In this document: positions 23,897-33,776 of the stretch, piece after piece
How positions within the stretch are numbered: position 1 is the first letter of the stretch
How the letters are laid out: the number at the start of each line of letters is the position of its first letter
Source of the DNA: Elsinoe ampelina
Taxonomy: Eukaryota
DNA: 64,000 nucleotides
Direction: 5' to 3'
NCBI GenBank assembly: GCA_010093995.1
Contig: ML992505.1
Coordinates: 1,718,670 to 1,782,669 of the forward strand
Program-made: the position numbers and the translations under genes
Notes under the pieces: generated by a model
What the model was told of the DNA's origin: nothing
Database searches by the model: none
What the model saw: only the letters and a program-made list of their open reading frames with translations

Positions 23897-25591
23897 TTGC
23901 TTCAAATGGTCATCGAGGGCCAGCTATGCCAGATTCGACTAACAACTGCGCAACTACGCATCGTCCTTCAATCGACAATTGAGGATAAGGACCATGATAG
24001 TCACGTTGTCCTGCAGCACTTCAAAGCCGTGGAGCACGCCGACCATGAGCTCCGAGCTGTTGTCTTTGAGGACCCACAGTACACATCGAGTCTAGCCGAG
24101 CTACTGTGTCGCATTGATGGCTTGGCGTCGTCCTGCAAATCATGCGACCTGGTAGACCAGTACAAAGAAATCGACCATCATTCGCAGGCCCTGATTCACC
24201 AGGTGGCCGCAATCAGGACCAACGGCTTACTAAGATTGGCCTTCGAGGAAAGCCCGATTGATGACGTTCGCAAATACATCGAGGACAGCTTTGCCTTGGT
24301 TGTTGACGAAGTTGATAAACCACTGCGCACTGTCATCGAACAAGCAATCTCTCATCATTTGCTGCTTGGCGTTCATCGAAGTGCATCCCACGAGCGCAAC
24401 AAAGACTTGGTCGAACAACACCTCCGCCACACTATCTTCACCCTCGCTACGCTTACTGCACTTCAAGAGACCTTCGATGATCAAGCCGTCCAGCTCAGTG
24501 CAATCAAGAAAGAGCTCAAGAGCGCGACAAAAGATGCCAAGGAAGAGCGGGAACTCTTCTCCATGCAACAGCAGGACTACGAAGACAAGCTCAGCAAGGC
24601 TAGCGAAGAGATCCGCGAGTTCAAGGAGAAGTCTCAAGCTGCATTGCGCGAGCGTGCCATCGCAAAGAGTCATGCTGAGAGGAGCGCCAGAGAGCTCGAG
24701 ACCATGACCAACTACCGCAACCTCGATAGGAGCCTATATGATCAGCTCCAGGGTCAGCATCGAGCTCTGTCAGAAACCGTCGTGGCTTATCAGGAGTACT
24801 ACGCGCTACAGACTGCCGATCTCGACAAGGTCAAGACACAAATCCAGGATCAAGAAGCCCTCGAGACTCAGAACAGCAGTCTGATACGGGATCTGGAGGG
24901 CGCCGTGAATCAATTGAAGGAATTGCAGACGAAATGGCGACGTGATGCAGGAATTCATGCGAATGCAAAGGCCATCCTCAACAGTCTTGGGATTGATCCC
25001 GAAACCGGCAAAATCATCGACGCGGGCGGCGATCCCACTTGCTTCTCGCTTGCCCGCTTCTTGTGTCTGAGAGCTGAGAATGGAAATCTCGATAGAGATT
25101 TACACGATGCTCGGGAGAAGATCGAGGGATTGGAGAACACGATCAAGCAAAAGGGTGACGAAGTTTCTGCAGTCAAGACAGACATCAAGCAGCTGGAGCT
25201 AAAACGTGACCAAACTTCCAAGCAGTTGGAAGAACGCGCAGCAGCTCTTCAAGCAACCCTTATGGAGCTGGACACTTGCAAAGACCAAGTCGTCCAAAGC
25301 AAGGAAATTGTCCGTCTGCGGGACCTGGACATTGTCGACCTTCGAGCGGATCTGGCCGTCAAGAACACTGAATTAGCAGCCGCCAAAGCCGCAGCAACCG
25401 AAGCTGAGGGTCTCGTCGAATCCAAGACGTCTGCTGCCCGGGGGTTCTTCAGGAAGCAGAAAGCACTGGCCAAGGAAATCGAGCAGAAGGACGAGATCAT
25501 CAAGGAAAAAGATGAACAGATCGCGCGATTGACCAACATGCTGGCTGACGCGGCGATGAAACCACACGAAGAAGAAGAAGAAGAGCTCTAG
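23897..25591 (+). CDS. Long coiled-coil hypothetical protein (5' end uncertain)
   Basis: 564-aa ORF, E/K/Q/L/A-rich heptads, acidic tail HEEEEEEL. The frame is open from 23789; an upstream donor GTAAGC at 23713 could not be spliced in frame with confidence. Confidence 0.75.
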   Translation: MLQMVIEGQLCQIRLTTAQLRIVLQSTIEDKDHDSHVVLQHFKAVEHADHELRAVVFEDPQYTSSLAELLCRIDGLASSCKSCDLVDQYKEIDHHSQALIHQVAAIRTNGLLRLAFEESPIDDVRKYIEDSFALVVDEVDKPLRTVIEQAISHHLLLGVHRSASHERNKDLVEQHLRHTIFTLATLTALQETFDDQAVQLSAIKKELKSATKDAKEERELFSMQQQDYEDKLSKASEEIREFKEKSQAALRERAIAKSHAERSARELETMTNYRNLDRSLYDQLQGQHRALSETVVAYQEYYALQTADLDKVKTQIQDQEALETQNSSLIRDLEGAVNQLKELQTKWRRDAGIHANAKAILNSLGIDPETGKIIDAGGDPTCFSLARFLCLRAENGNLDRDLHDAREKIEGLENTIKQKGDEVSAVKTDIKQLELKRDQTSKQLEERAAALQATLMELDTCKDQVVQSKEIVRLRDLDIVDLRADLAVKNTELAAAKAAATEAEGLVESKTSAARGFFRKQKALAKEIEQKDEIIKEKDEQIARLTNMLADAAMKPHEEEEEEL

Positions 25592-26172
25592 CAGGCGTTG
25601 GCATGTCGGGCAGGCACAAATCCGGGCGACTGGTGACCACATGGTCGGGCTTGGAGCACTACAGGAAGATCGTGAGAGTTTGGGCATGACGGGGAATGGC
25701 AGGCATGAAGAACTTGTCTGCCCGCATCTCGGCCTGAAGCGTAATGGGGTGGGACACGAAGATTTGTCATTGTACTACTATCATACCGATGTGAGACGCT
25801 AGATAAAGACGACTCATAGCTTCAAAACAATCGATTGGTTCAGCACAGGTCCCTCTTCGAGGGTTTCCACTGGAAAAACACCAATCAGTTGATGCGCATC
25901 CAGTGCCCGACGATGACGAGTAATGCCTAGATCTGTATGGCCACTGCAGCTGCGCACCGCATATCCTTGCTCGCGCAAAGGTGATTGTCATTCTGGAAAG
26001 CATTGGCTCTGGCAGGGTGATGTTCATCCACTGCTGGGGACAATCGACCAATCTGGCATTCAGTCAAATTGATCAAAAGGTTGCACCGCTTTCCAGATTG
26101 GCCGCCACAGCGCTATCGCTACAAGTTAAGGGCGACCTGCATTGTGGACATCTGAAAACATCAATCAAGACA

Positions 26173-26701
26173 ATGTCTCAAGCGACGACTACGTGCCACA
26201 ACAGACCTTCACGCCAAGAGAATGAATCATCTACCTCGACCACAGCGTCAAGTCGACTTCCGCCCATTCTTGAGATGTTTGAAGAAGGTGGCAAAATGAA
26301 TGTCGTCCTCAGAGAAGTTCGGCTCGATCTCTTGTGCATCACACAAGCTTTCGCAGACTACGGTTTCATTGGAAAGCCTAGGGCAGATGATCCGGAGCTC
26401 GAGCGGAGGTGGAATCCACAGGGGCGATGTACAAGGCGGTGCTGGGGCGGCGGATAACGGCGCAGGAGCGAGCGATGGAGAGGTTGGAGAAGAGACTGGA
26501 GGAGGTGGAGAGTCGGGAGAATCGGGAGAATCGGGAGAATTGGAGGGTGATGGATATGGAGGAGAGGCGGATAGCTAAGAAGGCGGGACGTTGAAGGAGA
26601 GGTTGGCGAGGGTGCTTAGTGAGACTCGGAACGAGCTGTGGGGGTTTGGGGGCCTAGGACATCGATCATGGTGTACTGCCCAGGGGGTTGGAGACTGTTG
26701 A
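26173..26701 (+). pseudogene. Frameshifted small coiled-coil ORF remnant
   Basis: Protein-like segments in successive frames: MSQATT..DDPELE / EVESTGAMYKAVLGRRITAQERAMERLEKRLEEVE.. / TLKERLARVLSETRNELW. Confidence 0.35.
26513..26539 (+). repeat. Perfect 9-bp tandem repeat (TCGGGAGAA)x3
   Basis: Read directly from the sequence; encodes RENRENREN. Confidence 0.9.
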
Positions 26702-27021
26702 GGGCTGGAAATCCTACCATACCGGAAATTGCTGCGCAGCTTGCCACTCTGGGACTATTAGGGGACGTCGCGGATATCTAGACGTCTGTGTCTCAGATGG
26801 TGGCGAAGTATTGACGAAGCATCGGAGGCATTTTGGTAAAGAGAGACATCGGAGGCAATTACTGGAGAAGATTTCTGGCAAATCAGCAAGTTCTGCGAGA
26901 TACGAAATTTGGTGGTAGATTCTGAAGATCTGATTGAATTTTTGTCTACGTTGCCTCAGCCGCGTGACCTGTCCACTATGCGTGATACTCATTTTCAGTC
27001 GTGAGCCATCATATCCAATGC

Positions 27022-28699
27022 CTACAACATAACCACTCCCATGCCCCTCCTCTGCTTCTCATCTACCTGGTTCTTCTCGTCCACACCGCTAGGTACTGGT
27101 AGCGTCTTGTAGTTGTAGAGGTAGTAGTGAAGTTGTCCGTCTCCTGCGCCGAAGAGCTGCTTCTGCAAGAACAAAGGATTGTCCAGCAATGTTAGAGCGT
27201 TGAAGACGTCGAATTTAGCCTGTCATTGTCAGTTCCTTGCACCCGGCTCAGAAGATCCGGTAGCGGCTTACCTGCTTGGCCAAAATCAACGCATCCTTTG
27301 CCAGCCCGTTCAGTCGCTCGCTGAGAACCTTCTCGTCGTTGCTGAATGCCGATTCAGTACCGTAGTAGAAGAGATAGGCAGCCTTGACGCTCGTGTTGCC
27401 TTGCGTGGCGTTGATGACTGTGCTCTCGAGGCAGTAGAAGCTGATAAAGTCCTCGATCTTGCCACCCTTGTCCACGACATATGTCCAAACCACTCGGTCC
27501 TTTGCCTTGGGGTCTGTCTCTTTGTCAAGTAGCCAGTGACGGGTCTCCTCTTCGCTAAAAGTTTGGCTGACTTGCATCTTGGCTAGGTATCGCTTGAGAA
27601 GATCCATGACGCCTGGAACGTCCTTGTCTTCCATCTGGCGGAGACCAGGCGTGGAAGTGCGGTCCGGGAGCTTGTACTTTGCAATCTGTCTTTGCTTCGT
27701 GCTGCCTTTCGGCATGGGAGAGAACCCAACCGTGTACAGCTTTTCCCAGTCCAGGGAGCGATGGAAGTAGCGGCAGCTAGCGACAGGGGTTGGGAGGAGG
27801 TTGCCACCAGTGTAGATTGCTTGGTAGATACCTTCGACGTAGCAGCGGCGGGTGATCTCGGTGATGAGGACAGGCGCGAGACGTTTGGCCCGGAGTTTTT
27901 TGTGCACGCACATGAAGTTCACCTCGCTTGCCGAGATAGTCTTGTCTTTGACGCGAAGAGTGACAGGGATGGCGGAGATGAAGGCGACGAGCTTCTTAGA
28001 CGAGACGGTACGAACACCAATGTGCCACTCTTTGCGCCAGTGCGGTGCCATGAGTGCCCATTTGAGCATGCTCGCGGAGTAGTCAAATCGGAAGAGAGCC
28101 TCGTCGTCCTCGACGTAATGCCCGGAGAGCAGCGAGCGGACTTCTTCGAGCTCGTTCCCGTCGTTGAGATCCATCACTACCCACTCGAAACCGTCGATCA
28201 GACCTGCCGGCGTCTTTGGTACCTTGTCCTTGTCGATCACCTTGATGGGACCGTCCACCCATCCCTTCTTTTGCGCTTTGCCCAGTGCCTCGTATGCTGG
28301 GACCGGCTGTGTCGCCCAGAACTTGTGTGATGCCATGTCTTTCGAATTATTACCTGAGCTCATGCCCGTCATGAGGTCCGCAGCTGAGATGTTCTTGAGC
28401 GCGGCGCGAAGAGCTTCACCATCTTTAGGAAGCTGATTCCGTAGGGTTGGGTTTGCGGCGAGGAGGTCGGCTATTTGATCAGTCGTGAGAGCATCGATAG
28501 CGGAAGCAGGTAGAGGATCGTTGGCGCTCTTGGGTGTGGCATCTTTCTTTGAGGATGACGCGACTGCAGATACGGCTGCCTTCAACTTGTCCTTCTTGGA
28601 CGTCTTCTCTGCGCTGGTGTCTTTGTCGCCGACCTTTAGTTCTTCCAACGCCTTCGTCGCTTCACCCTCATCCACCGGCTTCGACTCTTCTTGCGGCAT
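27022..28699 (-). CDS. NMT1: Glycylpeptide N-tetradecanoyltransferase
   Basis: [57 protein letters not shown], and after intron 27220-27271 [29 protein letters not shown]. Confidence 0.96.
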
Positions 28700-28982
28700 G
28701 GCGATCGTTGTGTAGGAAAGCAGGTGAGCAGCAAGAAGAAGGATTCTGCGAGCGGTGGGATGGCTTGAAGTTATAACAATGCGGGGCACACAAGCGGAAA
28801 ATCAGGCAAGTGGAAGCGAGGGCCAAAGGGTAGACAAGCTGGTGGGGAAGGATAGGAGACTGTGACATTGGATAGTATCTAACAGATGGAGGAGAGTCAT
28901 TGGCCTTCTCCGTATGGTGATGCAGAGGTATCTGGTGGAGGTAATACCATGCGTTCATTCGCACCTCGGCACTGTCCACAAA

Positions 28983-30932
28983 CTATCCCATTCTCTTCGG
29001 CGGTTTACTTACCCGGCCCCTGGCCGTCCTCATTCCGACCCTGCCATCGTCCAGCTTGACACGTTTGCTGGACAGATGGGCAGAGTCGACGTTTGCTCTC
29101 TTGCGGGAACGAGATGCTGCACTCATCGTTGGCGCTTGATGGGGCGCAGCATCATCGGTACAGCCAGAGGTCGATGTAGGCGCTGGGAGATTGTCTGGCT
29201 GAGCTGCCATTCCACTTGCTGTAGTTGTCGTGGAGTCCGTGTGTTGTATTCTTGCTGGCGCGGTATCTGCACGTATAGTCGACCGTGCAGGAGTGTCTGT
29301 GGACGACTGCCCGGCGGGCTGTGCGATAGTAGGATCAGAAGGCGGAGTCGTGGCGCCGGACGATTGAAGGGTGGTAATGTGATCTTGGTCGAGCGAAGGC
29401 TCGGGAGCAGGCGCACTCTCACGCTCTGATCGCTCACGTCTGTCCTGCTCTTCTTGTTGTTGGGATCGACCAATTCGAGACGGACTGACCGAAGGTGATT
29501 GTATGATATAATCAGTCGGATTCTCCACGCTGCTGATAGGATCGTTCGCCTCTGAGCCCCCGATGCGTTCTTGGCCGAGCAACTCATCATCCTCTTCACC
29601 TTCTGCGTCTACCTCATCAGCCTCTGTAATCTTCCCGTCGACCTCTACCTCTTTCTGGGTGGTCTCTGCAGCCTTCTCACGGTCGTCTGAACCAGCCTCG
29701 TCTGGGAACACAGGGTCGATCGGCGAGTATCCTACTGTGCCAGTCTCCTCTAAGAACACGGGATTGATCGGCGAGTATGCTGCATCGGCATCGGAATCGG
29801 AAGCGCGAGGGCTTGGCTCAGCTGCTACCTCGTCATTAGGACGCTCCGGCTGATCTGCGACCGCGCCATAGTCAGGGCTTGCGACCTCTTCTGGCGAAGC
29901 AATTTGGTCGGTGTACTTGGGAGAGTCGTTGTACTTGGGAGAATCGATGTACTTGGGAGAGTCGTTGGTGACGCTGCCCTTCCTGGCCTCTTCCTCTTCA
30001 GAACTTTCCTCCACAAAGCCAGCGTATGACGGTTTCTTGTTAGGCCGAGGGGGGGAGGTTGCGCTGTAGACTGGCGATGGTTCGGGTTGTTCGTCCGAAG
30101 GACCTGTGGCTTCTGGCGTGGCCTGACGTTCGGTCGGTTCTGGTGTAAATGGAGAGATGGGCGGTCCCTCAGTTGAGTCTGCTGACTGGATCGCCAAAGG
30201 ATCACGCTCGCCGTGTCGAAGAAAAAAGTAGAACGTCGGGTATTCTGACGGACGCATCGATACAGTGTACATGACGCGGTAGTCGAAGAGAGGATTCCGG
30301 TCAACCTGCCAACCCCCAAAATACAAGGGTCTGTCGTACTCTTCCAGCGGAGCTGGCAGATACAGCAGCGAACCATACCTCAAAGCACCGCCGTCCTCTT
30401 CTGCCATTTCGTACGGTTCGATCCTGATGGCTGGCAGGTCGTGATCGATACGACCAAAGGCATCATCAGCCTTGTAAATTCTTGCTGTTGCGAATCGACC
30501 AGTCAACCTGCCCTGTCGTACATCCCGCGCTTCCTCATAAGTCGCAGGCACCACGTCGTCAGATTCTGGAATAGTGAAAGAGGGTAGATCCTCGGCAAAG
30601 AACTCAGGTGCTCTCAGATCCCAAGCGGACGTTGGGGAATTACCTCTGCGTAGATACTGCTCTGGCTGCCAGGGTCGCGGACCCTGTTGCCAGAGGTATA
30701 GCTTGGTGGTCCGCTCGGCTGGTGATGGCAATTGCGTGGCTTGAGGGAACTTGGGATTTGGCGTCGGAAGCCTTTCGTTCAATTCCTTCCACTCCGCTGG
30801 CTCTTCCACTTTCAAGACCGTCTCCTTGATTGCTGTGTCTGGTCGGGCAGGATCTTGCTCGCGTTCGGCGGCCTTCATCTTTCGCATGGCCTCGAAATAA
30901 CGGCCAATCTGGCTATGAGGTGTTTCTGGCAT
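28983..30932 (-). CDS. Orphan protein: small aromatic-rich N-terminal domain, long acidic S/P-rich disordered region, basic C-terminal NLS-like tail
   Basis: Continuous ORF (open up to 31166); likely start MPETPH at 30932. No family recognised. Confidence 0.7.
   Translation of the reverse strand: MPETPHSQIGRYFEAMRKMKAAEREQDPARPDTAIKETVLKVEEPAEWKELNERLPTPNPKFPQATQLPSPAERTTKLYLWQQGPRPWQPEQYLRRGNSPTSAWDLRAPEFFAEDLPSFTIPESDDVVPATYEEARDVRQGRLTGRFATARIYKADDAFGRIDHDLPAIRIEPYEMAEEDGGALRYGSLLYLPAPLEEYDRPLYFGGWQVDRNPLFDYRVMYTVSMRPSEYPTFYFFLRHGERDPLAIQSADSTEGPPISPFTPEPTERQATPEATGPSDEQPEPSPVYSATSPPRPNKKPSYAGFVEESSEEEEARKGSVTNDSPKYIDSPKYNDSPKYTDQIASPEEVASPDYGAVADQPERPNDEVAAEPSPRASDSDADAAYSPINPVFLEETGTVGYSPIDPVFPDEAGSDDREKAAETTQKEVEVDGKITEADEVDAEGEEDDELLGQERIGGSEANDPISSVENPTDYIIQSPSVSPSRIGRSQQQEEQDRRERSERESAPAPEPSLDQDHITTLQSSGATTPPSDPTIAQPAGQSSTDTPARSTIRADTAPARIQHTDSTTTTASGMAAQPDNLPAPTSTSGCTDDAAPHQAPTMSAASRSRKRANVDSAHLSSKRVKLDDGRVGMRTARGRVSKPPKRMG
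29912..29965 (-). repeat. 18-bp coding tandem repeat x3 (encodes DSPKY[I/N/T])
   Basis: tgtacttgggagagtcgt / tgtacttgggagaatcga / tgtacttgggagagtcgt. Confidence 0.9.
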
Positions 30933-31415
30933 TATGAAGGTGACTGTCGTGACGTTGGAATTGGACTTTGTAGCAATCGAGAGAATGATGCGAAAGAAGA
31001 GGAGATTGTGCAGGACTTCTTCTCTTCTTGAGTTACCACAGACGCCTTTGTCGTTGCTGCCATGCTGAGGATTGTCCGGTTGCAGCTGATTCCGAGTACA
31101 ATGACAATTATTGTCGTCTTCGATACAATAGCAATTCATGCATTCTATTTGCATAGCCAGGAGCAATCTGGTATTTTCCCTTGCCTTGACGTCAATTATG
31201 ATGCTGCTTCAATGGCAACAATCACGCTCGATTGTGATATTCCATTCTGATGTGGTGAAGCGTTGTCGATAGCAATTGCGTTTGGGCCGCATTCCTCGAC
31301 ATTCATGGACTTCCGCTTTCGGACAAAGGCATTCTTTGCATGCTGGTCGCATCTCTCTCTCCTCTAAACATTGTTAGCGACATTGTATGCCACGTCTCGG
31401 TTGCCTCACCCGTAC

Positions 31416-32597
31416 TCACAATTCGTCCCTTGCTGCACTTCCACCACTGGAGGGCGTGGTTGGACGTTGGACGCCCATGTAGGGCTCAAGGTCAAGCCAC
31501 TCCGCAGTAAAGGCCGTCATCAATTGTGCCCAGTCTTCAACTGTGTTTGTATCCAAGTGCTCACCATCATCGGTGATTTCGTGCCACACTTCAGGAAAGC
31601 TCGCGGGAATCATGTGAAGGATCTCCACACCTCTTGCCATGAACGGAACGTGATCGTCTCCGATATGACCACCCAGCCACGAATCACTGTCCTGCTTATT
31701 CTTCTCGTTCAGAAACAGAGGCTCGGGCATGGCTTTGTCTGCCGGTGTCCGTTTTGACGGATGATTTGGGGATGACTTGAAGAGGCCAAGCTTCCGCATG
31801 CGTTCCTCGACATCTGACATATGTTTGTATGCCCAGTGCGTCGTCTTGAAGTAGGAGGGTACCTGCGGCTTTGCAGAACCAAGCAGGTCCAGCAGCACGA
31901 ACAAATCGATCGCCTGGAGAGGTGATTGATATGATGATAGTCCATGTGTAGTGATTTCCCACTCTTCAGCCAATGATCTCGCTCCATACAAAGAATCGCT
32001 GTCTGTCCAGACGTGAAATGCTTCTTCTCCGTCTAGCAGTAGTACTTGTATCCCTTGATTATCTGCTGGGTCTCCTAGATCGTCCTGTCCGGCTCCTTTT
32101 GCTTCCATATCCTCCCACTTCTTGGTCAATGCCTCATCGATGCTCCGCACGGCATGTAGGATCATGGCGCAGGGTGCAGCAGAGTCAATGGCTCCAATGA
32201 ATCCCTCGGGACTAAGCTTGCTGTCATAATGGGCCACCAGATTTAGTCGTCCGACTTCGCCTGGCTGTGCCCATGGAGGGTCTCTCGTGGCTATGATATT
32301 GACAAAGGGTATCTTCTTTCCGTTCGAGGTAGGCGTAGTCTGAGACGAGTTCTGGAAAGTGATGTTCCATTTCGGGAGAGTCTGTTGGAAGAAGTCAACG
32401 AAGTGGGTGAGGACTTTGGTAGAGCCAGGAGTTCCAGGCACCCGAGGAATCAAGATTGGAGCCAGTATGGAGCCATCCTTGATGTGGAAGTCGTTACCAG
32501 GTGTTGGCAAGTTCTTGAGAGATGTTTCGCTGAGAGGTGTATAGCTGGCCGATAGCTGCCAAAGCCCGGCCAGTCCCAGTAGTTGACGCAACCGCAT
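31416..32597 (-). CDS. Glutaminyl-peptide cyclotransferase (M28 family), secretory pathway, C-terminal RDEL
   Basis: Signal peptide, PRVPGTPGS, LVAHYDSK, GAIDSAAPCA, LDGEEAF..DSLYGARSLA, VLLDLLG, IGDDHVPF, VWH..DD. Confidence 0.92.
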   Translation of the reverse strand: MRLRQLLGLAGLWQLSASYTPLSETSLKNLPTPGNDFHIKDGSILAPILIPRVPGTPGSTKVLTHFVDFFQQTLPKWNITFQNSSQTTPTSNGKKIPFVNIIATRDPPWAQPGEVGRLNLVAHYDSKLSPEGFIGAIDSAAPCAMILHAVRSIDEALTKKWEDMEAKGAGQDDLGDPADNQGIQVLLLDGEEAFHVWTDSDSLYGARSLAEEWEITTHGLSSYQSPLQAIDLFVLLDLLGSAKPQVPSYFKTTHWAYKHMSDVEERMRKLGLFKSSPNHPSKRTPADKAMPEPLFLNEKNKQDSDSWLGGHIGDDHVPFMARGVEILHMIPASFPEVWHEITDDGEHLDTNTVEDWAQLMTAFTAEWLDLEPYMGVQRPTTPSSGGSAARDEL

Positions 32598-32850
32598 TGC
32601 TCGAGTCTACAGCGGGTAGGTACACGATTATCGCAGTAATGCCGTCATCGTGCGATGGTCATGCCCACCAAATGTGTCATAGTTGTGACATATCAAGAGG
32701 AAAGTGTGTCCTCAATCTTGACACCCTCGTCGGCCATGCCAAGCAGATTTGATGTCCCCGGCTTCATCCAACCAATCCACTTCATCTTTCCAGTCTTTTG
32801 CCGCAACATTGGAACTGTGCAATTATCATTCCGGAAGATCGGGAGTCTTC

Positions 32851-33749
32851 ATGCTCAATGGTGTCCTGCTCAGCAGGCCAATCGGGCTGAGAGCGCTCTG
32901 TAACCGTCCAGCATGGGCTGCGGCGAGACCTGCAGCGGTGGCTGTCAGATACTCATTCACCACAAGCATTGAGCGAGCAGATTCACTCCGGAAAGATGCC
33001 TCATTACTCTCAGGTACAACTCGCTCACTATAGATTCTATGCACAGACTGAACACGGTAGGTCCAAAATACCCCTCATCACTCAATGTCTTCCATTTGGG
33101 TGTCGGCTTCACCACCTACATTGGCATGTGCAAAATGAGTACAATCTTCTTCTTTGCCTACCAATGCCTCGTCCGCGCCCCAGCCCTCGCGATAGACGAG
33201 ACGGCAGCCTTCTTCTGGACGCCTCTGACGACAGTCATATACGCACTTCCCATGATTGCCTTCCATTTGATTACTTCGCCGGTGACCGCATCTATCAATG
33301 TCCTCATTCCACCAGAGGCACGGCAATCGCCAAAGACTCTGCAGGAGTGGGCTGTGAAGGCTCCTCGCGATACTCTTGTCGAGTTTACCACCCTCCGATT
33401 CCTGCCTTTCCCCAAGCGGAAGACCGTCAAGCTCGAAGATCTGAAGCTCTTGCGACCTGGACCTTGGTGGCGAATCGCACAATTTGCCTATCTTCCCCCG
33501 AAGTTCAGGGCTACACATGAAGGGAAGCCTGTCAGTCTTCTCAAAAGCTGGATTGCTGGGTGTCGGACTTTCTACGTCAGAGAAGGATCAAAGTACACCA
33601 GGACGACGAGAGGCCCAACTGTATGGGCGGCCCTGGTAGACGGCATCATGCGCGACGCCGGTCTCCAAGTCCTTCAAGAGGATCTACCCAAGACCAAAGC
33701 TGCACCACGACCTGCAGCACGGAGAACACCGCCAGGACAGACACGGTAG
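32851..33749 (+). CDS. Probable mitochondrial inner-membrane protein (TMEM70/186-like)
   Basis: Arg/Ala-rich presequence exon, 47-nt intron at 33014-33060, two TM segments then a basic domain. Confidence 0.6.
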
Positions 33750-33776
33750 AAATAATAAATTCGTCCTCGGTTCTGT

